NCBI RefSeq assembly: GCF_964355755.1
Contig: NC_092677.1
Coordinates: forward strand, 2,812,101-2,876,100
DNA length: 64,000 nucleotides
Direction: 5' to 3'
Source: Antedon mediterranea
Taxonomy: Eukaryota > Animalia > Echinodermata
The position numbers and the translations under genes are program-made. This document shows positions 1-12,309 of the stretch, piece after piece (within the stretch, counting starts at the first letter, position 1; every line of letters begins with the position of its first letter). Below the pieces are notes generated by a model. It saw only the letters and a program-made list of their open reading frames with translations, did no database searches and was not told the DNA's origin.

Positions 1-699
1 TGAGCACGCGACTGCAGCCATCTCTATATGGCCTTGTTTATCTGAGATCTTTGTGTTCTGTGCAGCTGCAGAAACACACATAGAGGGCGACATCCCATGG
101 GAATTTGGAAATCATCAATTCTCTTTTCTAGCTCTCTCTCTCCGCGCCGCTGCTGATCGGCGGGATGAGTACCTGGGCATAGAATTACTATATTTTGTAT
201 CATTATTGACAAGTTTGATCTATTTTTTGGATTGTAATTCATTTAGAAGGTTATATCTGTTAAACAAATCTTTATTGCCCTTTACTACGGGCTACCTGGG
301 CCTATCTAGCTCTAGCCTAGTTATTAATTAGGGCTGGCCTCTTATAATATAGGCCTAGCTAGGCCCTATTAGGCCTACCTAGTACTACTCCTATGCCTAG
401 TAGTAGGCCTACTACTCATATGCCTACTAGTAGGCCTAGCTAGTTCATAGTCTAAGATTATTGTAGGCCGCCTAGAAGCTAGCTAGAGTAGGAGTCAGTG
501 GCTTACTGACCAACAAAAATGTAATTATGCAATACAAATTAAAAATAGCAAATAAATAGGGCCTAGCCTAGTAAAAAAAAGTTGTCCACTTCAAATTTTG
601 ATGATACAGATAATATTAATGGAAATTACAGTGCTCATAAACATTGGCTTGCCTAAAATAAATATAAATATAAGGGGGACTTTTTATCTAACAAATGTT

Positions 700-1730
700 T
701 TGTTATAATGCCTTATCCCAGCTGGGTAGAACGAGTACTTGTCTGTGCATTCACCGCCCTCATTCTACTACTTCTAACGATAACGGAGCCGATAATGTCC
801 TTATGAAGAGGATGGTTGGTGTCTTCCAATATAGCATGGAACACATCGGCAAGACGTTCGCTGTACAAAGAGTCAAGCGTTTGCACAGACGAACCAATTA
901 CTTTCCCCGCTCTACCCAGCACCTTTTCAATTCGGTCTTTATCCCCTTTACTGATATTCCTAGCCCAGCCCAACATACAATAACCCCAAATAGATAACAT
1001 CACTGATGAGTAAAACATTTGACAAATATCCTGCTTTACTCCAAGCGAACCGAGTTTCCTTGTATTTAACTTCTTAACTATATGGTCAACATGATCTCCC
1101 CCATTTAAGCTTACAGTCAAATACTACTCCCAGGTACTTATAATTGTTAACAATCTCTACTTCCTTTCCTTTAATATATACCGGGTCCATACTGTCGGAC
1201 CTATTGTGTTTTCGAAAATCAATCCGCATTTCTTTCGTTTTATTTATGTTTAGTTCAAGAAAATTATTGCCGCAGTAATCGGTGAATCGAATAATCTCAG
1301 AAATGTATAGAGAAGAATTGTTATTATTGATAAGTCCAACCATAGCTGAGTTGTCCGCAAATTTTATCATTGGACAACTGGGGGATACCGACCTAAAGTC
1401 TGATGTGTACAGAGTAAACAAAAAAGGTGCCAATATGGTACCTTGTGGTGCACCAGTACTAGTACGCACAGTATCGGAAATAATATTATTCTGTAACTTA
1501 ACATAGTGGCTACGTTGGACTAAAAAATTTAAACACTTGGAACATTCATATCAAATAATTTATGAACTAATATGTGTGGCTGAATTGTGTTAAATGCGGA
1601 ACTAAAATCAAAGTACATAACCCTAACGCATGGGTACGTTTTCCAGTCATCTAAATGACGGTACGTTTGGTGGAGCTTATATATCAAAGTGTCTTCAGTG
1701 CTCCTGTTTGTGCAGTACGCAAATTTTGCT
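700..1730 (-). mobile_element. Degenerate LINE reverse transcriptase fragment (L2/Rex1/CR1 group)
   Basis: ORFs 1086-1469 and 713-1120 contain GAPQGTILAPFLFTLY, IKFADN (decayed YADD), LNINKTKEM and YKYLGV; frameshifted. Confidence 0.9.
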
Positions 1731-2258
1731 TATCCTTGCCTCCTTAGATTTGCAGCTGTCATTTTTGTGTTACCTTTCGATTTTAAAGGGTAAATAAAGA
1801 ATGAAAATATAAACAACAACATATAAAGGTAAATGATGATTAAACTTACATTGAACATAAAAGAAACAATGCTCAGTAAGTAATTGTACAGATATAATAG
1901 GTCAGTAGTAAATACACATACAAATAACAACAAAATATAAAAGGTAAATGATGATTAAACTTACATAACTTACATTGAAAAAAAAAATGTGACAGAAAAA
2001 AAATTTATACATATAATAGTAAATGAAACTGAAAAGAAATCGAAATAAAGACAAATGTATATATATATATGATTTATATATAATTTACACAGTGCTACGC
2101 AACATCATTGATTTACATATACACAATATTATTTAAAAAACCGTTGCGAATTAAAGTTGGAATTTATTGTGACTTGTCAAGCCTCCACTGATTGTGAGGG
2201 CGTTTGTTGTATGAGAGAATGTATCTGGTGGGTGAAAATCTGTGATAATACCGTACAT

Positions 2259-2332
2259 GGCTCTGTGTGGTCTAGTGGTATGATACTCGCCCTGTAAGCG
2301 AGAGGTTGGAGGTTCGAATCCAGCCAGAGACA
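2259..2332 (+). pseudogene. tRNA-like sequence (tRNA pseudogene or SINE head)
   Basis: A box TGGTCTAGTGG, B box GGTTCGAATCC, stem CTCGC/GCGAG with loop CCTGTAA, followed by T6. The T-stem is mispaired and C replaces U33. Confidence 0.6.
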
Positions 2333-3182
2333 TTTTTTCATACAACTAAAAAATACGGAACTTTCACCAATGAGCTATGCTCGACGCGATTATGAGATCA
2401 TGTTCCGAATATGAGCACTGTTTCTTTTTTTTTTTGTCTTATGTAGGATCGACCCACTTTTATTTCTTCATCAATAAAATGTTCGTTTACAATGAGTACA
2501 TTGAGCATTGAGCACATGAGTAATGTAATGATACAATACAATATAATTGACATTAACTAACTTTCAGTACAACTGATCTCTCACTCCTACCATTGCATTT
2601 TATATATAATAATAGTATAAGGAAAGGGAAAAAAAAAATGTGTTATACACTCTTTACACGTTTTTCAATCCTTAACAATGTACGTATAATTTATCACAGA
2701 ATTTGTAATTGTATAAGGCTTTTTATCTCTTTCAGGCAATCCAAAAAAAAAAAAAAAAATAATAATATGAGCACTGTTTCTATAATTTCCAGTATGATTT
2801 GTATATTTGAAATATAGATGGGAAGGTATGAATGGTAAGGGTAGGGGGAAAGAGAAGAAAAATAAATAAATAAATTTAAGGAGAGAAAAACCAACAAACT
2901 CCCAAAAAAAGAAATACCTGTATATGTGTGTAGTGGCAATAAAAAATCGAAAGCCCAGTAGCAGAAGTCGGAACAGTCTTTGAATAGCGAAAACAATTTG
3001 AGAATGAAGTGTTTGAAACATATATATGTGGTAAGTATTTGTGAGCAGTAGGTTAACACTCGGGCTGGAGGCGGAACAATGAAAAGCGGAACTGTCCAAT
3101 GGGAAAGCAAAGGCGTAGGCGGTAATGTAGAGGTAGGCGAGGGTAACCAAAACTGCAGAGGGAAGGTGTACTCGGGAAAGAA

Positions 3183-3231
<49 letters not shown>
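3183..3231. repeat. (GTC)n microsatellite, about 16 units
   Basis: Read directly; not expanded in the paralog near 29210. Confidence 0.95.
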
Positions 3232-3232
<1 letters not shown>

Positions 3233-4004
3233 GGGGCGAAGAATTAGTGGGCAATATATTAGTAATTACATTTGCCGACAACTTAAAAAGTATGTACATT
3301 ATGACATGCTGTATTGTTATCTATTCTATAAATAGTTGGTTTGATATTTAAATAAACATGAAAAAACCGTTATAGAAAGTGGTTTTTAAATATCGTTTGC
3401 AGCGGCCTTCCTTACAAATTGATGACGCCCTCAACTACGACTTGGGTACATTTAAGCACTGACATCGAATGCAAGTACTGTACTGTCGTCCTATGCGACG
3501 ATGGGAATTCAATAGGATGAGAAAACATCCTTTATTGGCATATTATCAAAAAAAATGATTACGATTTAAATTATAGAAATAATTTATGTCAAATAAATTT
3601 AAACAATAATTAAAGAGCTAATTATTTAACACTATATTTGATATATTATTTATTCATCATTCAAATTTTTCATATAATAACAAGGATATTTATTATTCTG
3701 CTCTGGCCTCTATATAGGTCTATATTTTTAGTACTTACTTTACATACATGGTGGGTTCAATTCCATTAAAAAAAACTTTATTCTCATTATTTATCTTCTA
3801 TTTAAAGTTTTATACCCACAATACTGTCTTAATACTAATGTAAAATAATTTTTAACTATTTCATAATTGTTACCTTGATACTAAATTTACTATTGAACTG
3901 CTTCTTTTTTTCTTTTTTTTCTTTCTGCTGGTTTTAAATTTTCTAATTATTCACTTGATTAAGTACATTTTGTAACTGGAATGCACGTCCATTCATTCTG
4001 TAGT

Positions 4005-4612
4005 GAATTGGATAATTTAAACCGTATACATATTCTCCAGAAAAAAGCACTTAGAAATATTTGTCATGTTCATTTTATGCATCCTTCTCATCCACTTTTT
4101 ATTTCGACCCAAACATTAAATATTTTTGACCTTTATACGAAACACTGCTATATTTATGTATCAATATAAACATAATCTATTACCTGAATCATTTAATAAC
4201 TTATTTAGTACATCTGCCTCATTCCATAATTACTCAACTAGAAACAGGTCAAACTACTGTCCACAACTAAAACGCACCAAAGTCGGCCAACAATGTATTT
4301 CCTACCAAGGAACACATATTTGGAATAATTTAACAGATTATATAAAACAATCCCCCACTTTAAGTTTGTTTAAACAGAGATTAAAGCAATATTATAACAA
4401 TAGAAATATTTAAGTTAAGTAAATCACATTATGTTATTTTAGTTTGTTCGTTTTTTGTTTGTACTAATTGTTTGATCTTTTTGTTAGGGTTACATGCTTA
4501 AAGCACTTGTTGTGCTTATTTTGTATCCCATTCCATTATCATATTATTTGTATTATATTTAATTTGTATATATTTTATTTTGATTATGGAATAAAAATGT
4601 CGATGAATTGAA
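4005..4612 (+). mobile_element. LINE 3' fragment (CR1/L2 group ORF2 C-terminus and 3' UTR)
   Basis: LQKKALRNI..SHPLF..LNIFDLY, then HNYSTR..ISYQGTHIWNNL..LFKQRLK, then an AATAAA/TGAAT tail. Confidence 0.8.
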
Positions 4613-4823
4613 TATGTATGTAGGCCTATATATAATGAAAGTGAAGTGAAAGTATTACGATACATGATTTTCTATGAAAACACTGACACACAATTTGCTG
4701 GTAAATCAACTATATCTTAAATATTAAATATTGCATTGTAAATAAATTATTAATGTATACCAAAAGGCTAAGCATGTTAAATGAGTGCCTTGATATATTT
4801 TGATAAACGAATACGCAGGACGT

Positions 4824-5275
4824 TTAATCCTGGGTCGTGAATTTAAAAAAAAAACACACATCCAGCTCATGGAGGTAAAAATAGATTATACCTCCATGTC
4901 CACCTGAAGTCCATATTGCAGGAACCTTCCCACCGTATGTCTGCAGAACTGCACCGACACGCATCTGGTAGGAGAAGGAGGACGTCATGCATTGGTAGTT
5001 TTCGGATACACTGTTGCCAGGGAGTTGTTCTAATAACAACTCCCTGGTGTTGCTATCGCCTGACGATTGATATTCAACTGTATGAGCTGCAACCCTGCAG
5101 CGACGGTGTAGGATCTGTTGCTCAGCATCAGCTGTGTAGTATCCATGGACACTTGCTGGGTACCATCGTTGTCACTCAGCAGGATTGTACGGGATTGTGT
5201 CCTGAAATTTGCTCTGTAATGTTGACTTGTAAAAATGACTTTTATCACAGTAAAAACATTTTAACTATACTACCT
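4824..5275 (-). pseudogene. Frameshifted paralog of the unknown 143-aa ORF at 23857-24288
   Basis: Translations YRANFRTQSRTILLSDNDGTQQVSMDTTQLMLSNRSYTVAAGLQLIQLNINRQAIAT and NYQCMTSSFS..FTTQD align with the 23857 ORF; an acceptor TTTTCCAG lies upstream. Confidence 0.7.
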
Positions 5276-6289
5276 GGAAAATTCAAGATGGAATGGTGAG
5301 ATATGTCACTTAATATTTTACAAAATAACGATAGTGCCTTAAAAAATTATAATGTAAAAAATGTAAGGGGAGTTTGTACACTAAGTATTTGTGTATTTGG
5401 CCGGAAATGGTACTCTCGCACATAAAATTCATGGCACCTCTAATTGGCACTACAATGCTCTATGATGATGATACACTATACTTCATAGCCAAACATAAAT
5501 ACTGTAGGTAACCGCAGAGTTCAATTTTTTTATGTACGTCGGAAGAAAGAAGGAGAAGACCCCAAAACAAAGACCCATGTTTTAAAATTGTATTTGAATG
5601 ACAACACACCAGGCTAATAAACACAATATCCCAATTTTTAACCTTTTCAGAAGTCTGTGTGCGAAATAATCAAGGGTCTTCTTTTTTTGTACACATCCTA
5701 TATTGGTGCATACAAAACGAAGACCCATAATTTTTAAATTTTATTTGGATGATAACACACCAGGCTAACACATATCACAATATCGAACTTATTCAGACAT
5801 TTGGGTGCGAGACAATCAAGGGGTGGTCTTCGATGTGTACACATCCTATAATGCAATAATGGGTGCATACAAATAATTAAAAGACCGTTTTTTTAAATGC
5901 TAAATGAATGACTAGCTGTGTATCCGTCCTTGGTCATTGAGGAATTGATATGCTTGAATCCGTTTTCATAGCTAGTCGTCACGGCAGATCATGAAGTGGA
6001 TGAAGACTTACTGAATATAACAACAGTCATAATCTTAATATTTTATAGATTTGTACAAATCAATTTTAGAGTACAATTTCTCCTTAGCAACGATATCCAT
6101 GAATTTGTATGAAGTTTATGTTATTACAACGCAAATATCATAGCAAGTCGACTAAATACTAGTAATGGTGAGTGAGACGATGACGACAGACATTACATTT
6201 CAAGTGACCATACCAAGTCGACTAAATATGAACGCTTTAAAAGGATTCGATTTTTGATGAGGGAAGTAGTTACAAGTGAAAGGTTATTA

Positions 6290-9200
6290 AACTACAGTTT
6301 GGGCTGGGCATATCCACACTGCCAGATAGTCATATAAACAGTGCACACTTTTTTTTAAAGTGTTTTTTTTCTAGTTTTTTTAAAGAGGTACTCTAGTAAA
6401 AAAACATATTTCAAGATACTTCTACTTAACATAGAAAAATATCAGCAAATAAAGTTTTTTCGTTGATCAATGAAACCGAAGTGAACGATACCTGATTGGT
6501 GTTAAACGTCGTTTGGTTCTTTTATCCTCGTTATTCCATCAACCACGACTTGTAGTTGAGTTTAGATGATAAAAGATCTCATGAGAATGAAACTTATGAA
6601 TGCTGACAATATTTTCGATCAGTTTTTATTTTGATGATGTCATCATGGTTACAAATTATTTTTTTAAATAAGTTAGGTCACCTAAGGTCATCTTGCAATA
6701 GTTTCATCAGTGACATATCTATTATCGCGCTCACAGACCAAATTAAACACTATATGCATGACCTTCAGGTCATAGGTCTATGAGGCCTGGGGTTCCTTTC
6801 GCTACGCGATACGCTAAAGCCTCTGGTTTCGCGTCATTGATACTATCATGAACGCGCTTCAATTCACCAGGGTTCAACCTTACTGATTGCGACAAACTGT
6901 AACTGCAACTACTAAACAATTACACACCCAAGTCAAATCTTATTCAATAATATTTTCTATTAATACATATTTTAAATTTAATACTTACACAACCAATAAA
7001 TACTCAAAACAGTTTTAAACATATTAAAACAAATCATTTGGTCAAGACCACTTTATATAAAATTTTTCTTGGTTTTTTTGAAAAATGGAAAATTGTTCCA
7101 AACTTCTTTTCATTTAATAAAAATTTAAGTAAAATTTTCTAATTTAAGTGATTTGTTCTGAAATCTAAAAAGAACTATTTTGTTACTTTTCTAAGTGTGT
7201 AGTTAGGTAAAAATAATATTACATTCACAGAACAAGCAAGGCGCTGCGACTGCACCGCGAAAAAACGCCGGTGACAAACGCCTATGCTTATACACTGTGA
7301 TGTTTTTTACGATGGATTTTAAGTAGTGAAACAAATTTTTCTAATTTTTTTCAATTACACAGTGATGTAGGCCAATCTTTTAAGATCATTTTACAGTAAA
7401 AATGTTGTCCATACGACTCTCCGTTGAGGAGTTACGAATTTTTAAGTAACTTGTCTTCTGTTTCGTGAAAAAGGCGTAACACAATCTAAAACAGTCTCTC
7501 CATCCTCAACCCACGAGGTCCCTACATGAATGACCTTTAAAGTCTATTAACATTCACTTATAAGGTTTACAAAATAAAATATCAAACCAATCAGTTGGTA
7601 GTGTGCTAAAATGTTCTGAATCTTCCTCTATGGTACTTGCTACTGTCTTTGTTTATAATTAATAGATTGCATATACTACAGTACAAATCTAAACCACACG
7701 TCTCTTTATACTCAGCCCATAGGATGTCTCTGTATGAGCCTCTACCTACACTCCACCAGGAAATTAAAAAAAATAAGCGCGTTAAATGAGTGTAAATATA
7801 TTGATGATGAATTTTCTGTGTGCTATATTCTGATAAATTATTATATATTTATATAATTCATGTAAGAAACTTCCAACCGATGTGGGTATATCTGCAGAGC
7901 TGCAGCGACACACATCTTACTGGAGGAGAAGGAGGACATCATGCACTGGTATACTGCTGTATGCGCAGGTATCCTGCAATCATGGTGTGTGATCTGTTGG
8001 TGGTGGACGACAGCATCAACAGTAAGCATGGAGACCTGCTGGATGTTATTGCCGTTTGTGCTACTCGGATGCATCGTATAGCTTATACCGAAACATGCTC
8101 TGCAATCTCGAAATTGTAGCCGTATTTTTATTGACATTTGGAACATTGATTGATTAGCCCCCACATTTTACATGAAAAATAAATAAATAAAAAAGAAATA
8201 GTATTTTACCTTGATTTGTGATACTTGGAGGATAGTAATACCCCTTTTCATAAATATTTATTGTATTTAGCAAAATAATTAAAAATGTATTTGTTATGTA
8301 ATATATATAATGTAATATGTTGTTGCTATATAAAGTACAAGAAGCAAGCAAATCAATCATTGAAAATGTCTGGTAGTAAATAATTGCTTGCCATTTCTTT
8401 GTTATCCAAAATATTTTTACCACATTTTTTACATGTTTGGTTAGATCAGGGAGTAACAACTCCCTGGTTAGATGTAATGAAAATAAAAAGTAGTTAATCA
8501 TTTTGATGGAAATGGTATGTAAATAAACAAACACAAAAGAATTATGTTTACAGTTCAATTATTGTCAGAATAATAATTGTTTGATCTTATTTGCCTAACC
8601 TTTTTCCCCGCATCCTTGTTTGCCGACGGACGCGATGGTGTGCCGACGCACAGCCGGAGCCGACCTGTCCCCCCCCCCCCCACCTGCTAGATACGCCACT
8701 GCCAGTACGTTGTATATTTCCACGAATATGTTGTACAAAGTGTTTAGGATTCCGGCAGCTTGATTCAGAATCAACGCAAGTGATTGGTCAATTGAAAATC
8801 GCTTAGTTTTCAGGGTTAGTTTGTGTTACAATGGGCAGTTGAGTTCCGGTGCCGGAATCCTAACCACGGCGTAGGCGTATGTCATATGCTTGTAATTGTA
8901 TTTTTGGCGGTGATTGCCTTCCATAGATATCTTAGTTTTCAGATCTAGATTTTTTTTAATGGTGGGTAATGTATTTTTAGAATTAGACTATTCCATTACC
9001 AAGGGGGTTTATTTCAATGATGTGATGAGATTTTCAGTATAAATTATTATAAACAATTTAGATTTTCTGGTGGTACTGGCCTTCTTATCTAGAATCACCC
9101 ACAACAGAATGTTTTCTCTCGCGTGTACCGTGAAGTCACATGTTCTCTCTGTGTACTATCGTTATACACACACTACTTAGTGCAATGAATTTTTCCGAAT

Positions 9201-10640
9201 TATTTTACTCCTTTTTTAAAAATCTCTTTTTTCGTTTTTTAAAAAAAATATATTATAAGGGGGAGGGGTGCGCGCCGGTTTCGTGTATGTAATGTAAATT
9301 TTGTCGACAAATTGTCAATTCCCGGCCCCCGACTTCAAAATCCTGGATACGCCACTGCGCGTACTCGCAGAATTGAAACGTACAACATACTCGCAGAAAC
9401 GTACAACGTATTTGCAGAAACGTACATGTACTTGAAGAAAAGGACAACAAAAAGACATGCACAAAAACGTACAACGTGTTCGCTGAAACAGACAAATACA
9501 AAAACGTACAACGTGGTCGCGAATGCGCAGAAAATAATGGAATCAGTATATAAGTAATATTGAAAGGTATTGGTTATTACATGGAGGTATTATACCGCCA
9601 TAGTTGTTATTACTTGTATTTTCACGCTGCTGCTCTAGCCCGCTACGTCACAAGAGATGACGTAATCAGATATAAAGCTAGCAGCAGTTTTAGTACTGAG
9701 AGAGTGACATAAATGCGAAAATGCATACTCCACTATAATTTATAGGTCCAGCTGTTGCACCCAAAAGACGTCTGGGAAAAGAGTCTATGAGTGCTCACGG
9801 TTGAACGATTTTGCATTCTTGCCCTTTGATTGGTTGACGCAATCAACAGATTGTGGAAGAATTTCCACTTGTGCCAACTTGAAGTATACCCTTTTTACAC
9901 TATCGACTGAGAGAGGAACACGGGGTGGTTGGATTTTCCCATTTACACCAGTCAATAAAAACCACAACACCGGAGTTTAACGGCCCGGTGTACTAACAAC
10001 TGCGAGGTTACACCGCTGTTACGGTGATAGTGTAAAAGGGCTTGTCTCTAGAGGGTATTCAGTTGCATGCATAAAGTTCACCTGTACAAGATCAATGTCA
10101 TCAGCCAATTGAAGTTGAACAAAATAAGGAAATACTGCTTTCAGACTTTGTTGTAGTTAATAGAAGAAAAAGGAAATCAGCTGTAACACAGTCACTTGTT
10201 TCAAATGCACGATCATCTGTATGGATATAAATAACTAAGAGAAAAGAAACGTTTAATTATAACTCCAAAACCATTGTCTGACAGACAATTTAAGTATTTT
10301 TTGCTTTGAATTAAATTTTTTCAGGTAAATAATTGGTTAACGCGAATAACTATTATGTGACAATAAAATGACACATTCAAAAACAAATTTCAAATAAAAA
10401 ATATTTTTCAGGGGTGGGGGGGAACAACATATCTTTAAAACTGTTACGTCAACAAGCGAGCAGCGTTTTTTGTAAGAAATATTTTTTGTTTATTTTGTTT
10501 TCGGTTATTTACGGTTGTTTTTTTGGGAATTAGACTGACCCGAATTCCCAATTTTTTTATCTGAGATCTTGGTGTTCTGTTGCAGAAACACACATAGAGG
10601 GGGCGCGACATCCCATGGAATTTGGAAATCATCGATTTAA
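6290..10640 (+). repeat. Segmental duplicate block C, paralogous to 21330-26620
   Basis: Colinear anchors 6291/21332, 6777/22149, 7745/23503, 7860/23935, 9622/25269, 10265/25646 and 10556/26544. Confidence 0.85.
7841..8170 (-). pseudogene. Degenerate paralog of the unknown 143-aa ORF
   Basis: NQSMFQMS..QFRDCRA..NNIQQVSM..YQCMMSSFSS..AALQIYPHRLEVSYM; the ATG is out of frame and the acceptor CAG is mutated to CAT. Confidence 0.65.
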
Positions 10641-10832
10641 TTGATATGATATGATATTGATCAAAGATCGTATAGCGCCACGTAGTCGTGGCGCTATAGT
10701 ATCTTTGGCAGAGGTAAAGTAATGTTTAAATGATGCAGGAAAGGTCAGAGGGCAAAGGTCGGATTAAAATTTACTTTACTCACCTTGCTCACTGAATAAA
10801 AAAAAATATAGGATTTTTTTTATTGTTGACAG

Positions 10833-11564
10833 GTAAAAGAGCAATAATATATAGGCAAGCCAGTGGTGGTGTAACAGAACGGACGAAGATTCTGGCCGAG
10901 ATATCGGAAGAATTGGATAAAATTAAAGTAGAAATGGAGGAAAAAGGATCAAGCATGACTGATGGATGTGAGTAATCATCAAAATATGGTAGTGATATGC
11001 CCAAATATGATAGTGATAGGCCTAAATATGGTAGTTAAATGCTTAAATATGATAGTGATATGCTTAAATATGGTAATGATATGCCCAAATATTAGTACTG
11101 ATATGACATCATCATGTCCATATATATGGGCACATCACATTTTTTTGTCACATAAAGTTTGATAGTGTAGACAGAGCTTTAAACAAACAGAAAAGACAAA
11201 AGTCTAACATATAAATAAATGTGATTGGAAATCGCTTGCATGCGTCCAAAATGAGCTCTGTTTAATGTCGTATTTTTTAACTGTAAAAGCTTTACTTTAA
11301 ATTGAATTGTGTCAAATCTGATATACATTCTATCATGTTATATATAAATTCATTTCTTTGATATGATTCTTTTTCTCAGCCCCACTTGTAAAGATAAAGC
11401 AAGCATTGCAGCGACTCAAGAACGAAATTCTACAAATGGATATCCGGATAGGAACGGTGGAACACACGTTATTAGCAGGCAAACTTAAGGATAAATCAAA
11501 TCTACAAAAAGACATGAACAAAACATTAACAACGTCACAATATGATGACTACAAGCAGTACTGA
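10833..11564 (+). pseudogene. IFT57: IFT57 last two exons only (10833-10967, 11380-11564), with a 5-bp insertion causing a stop and frameshift
   Basis: Spliced translation YRQASGGVTERTKILAEISEELDKIKVEMEEKGSSMTDG/SPLVKIKQALQRLKNEILQMDIRIGTVEHTLL matches the IFT57 C-terminus as I recall it. GAGCAA-TAATA-TATAGG breaks VKEQYR. No upstream IFT57 exons seen in the window. Confidence 0.85.
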
Positions 11565-11799
11565 GAAGAAGTCAATTATAAAATATGAACTATAAATAAT
11601 ACGGAGAAGAAGTCAATATCATAATGACACATTCTGCATTCTGATGTTGGCTGAAAGTACCTCTTAAGAAAAAAAACTGTACTATGGCAAAAAAACGAAA
11701 CTGTATTAACACCTCTGTTTGGACTTGTTGGGGTACATGTCATATTAAAGTGGACACCCTTGTTAGGGTAAAATATCCTTTGATAATACTTTCTTTTTT

Positions 11800-12170
11800 A
11801 TCAAACTTTGTTTATTGAAATAAAAAAAAATAGATACAAATAAATTATATAAAAATATTAAATTAAAAAGACACCCATGTACAAGTATTAACTTGTTGTA
11901 GATGTGTATATTAATAGAATAGTATCAAAGAATTGAAATTTCATATAAGTTAATATTAAGTAAATATTTGTGCATTAAATTTACATACTGTAATACTGTA
12001 CATAATTAATACACCTTGATGTGGTATTTTCTGTTGACGTATTTCAGCGCTTTTAAACATAGATAATATGTCGATAAATTTAATAAATTTGTTGTAAAAT
12101 TTTATAGCATGTTCGTATTTTTTTGTCTTGAAAATAAAATACAATGGAATTATGATACTGACGCGTTTGA
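11800..12170 (-). mobile_element. Probable LINE 3' end fragment
   Basis: Minus-strand ORF remnant followed by AATAAA and an A-rich tail; weak similarity to L1/Tx1 ORF2 C-termini. Confidence 0.35.
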
Positions 12171-12309
12171 TAATTGACAAACGCATGTTGACGTACTACC
12201 GCCATTGAGAGAAAAAACTAGAGCGCAGACATACGGTCGCCGCGCGCGGGGAGAGAGAAGGGTTTAAGTTTTTTAGGTCTAAAATCTGGTTTGGCTTTAG
12301 GTGATAGTC

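Larger units (their letters stand above)
1..3930 (+). repeat. Segmental duplicate block A, paralogous to 26509-26620 plus 27350-29880
   Basis: Long colinear matches: 1-118 with 26509-26622; about 80-610 with 27358-28300; about 2930-3930 with 28950-29875 (e.g. GCAGCGGC(C/T)TCCTTACAAATTGATGACGCCCTCAACTAC). Confidence 0.9.

Noticed and set aside
2259-2332. Functional tRNA gene
   Set aside because: Mispaired T-stem, an acceptor stem mismatch and C at position 33; kept only as tRNA-like.
2665-3351. ORFs with poly-Thr or poly-Val
   Set aside because: Caused by the (GTC)n microsatellite; not maintained in the paralog at 29 kb.
7841-8164. N-myristoylation motif MGANQS
   Set aside because: The track start is GTG, not ATG, and the intact paralog begins MSTNQS.
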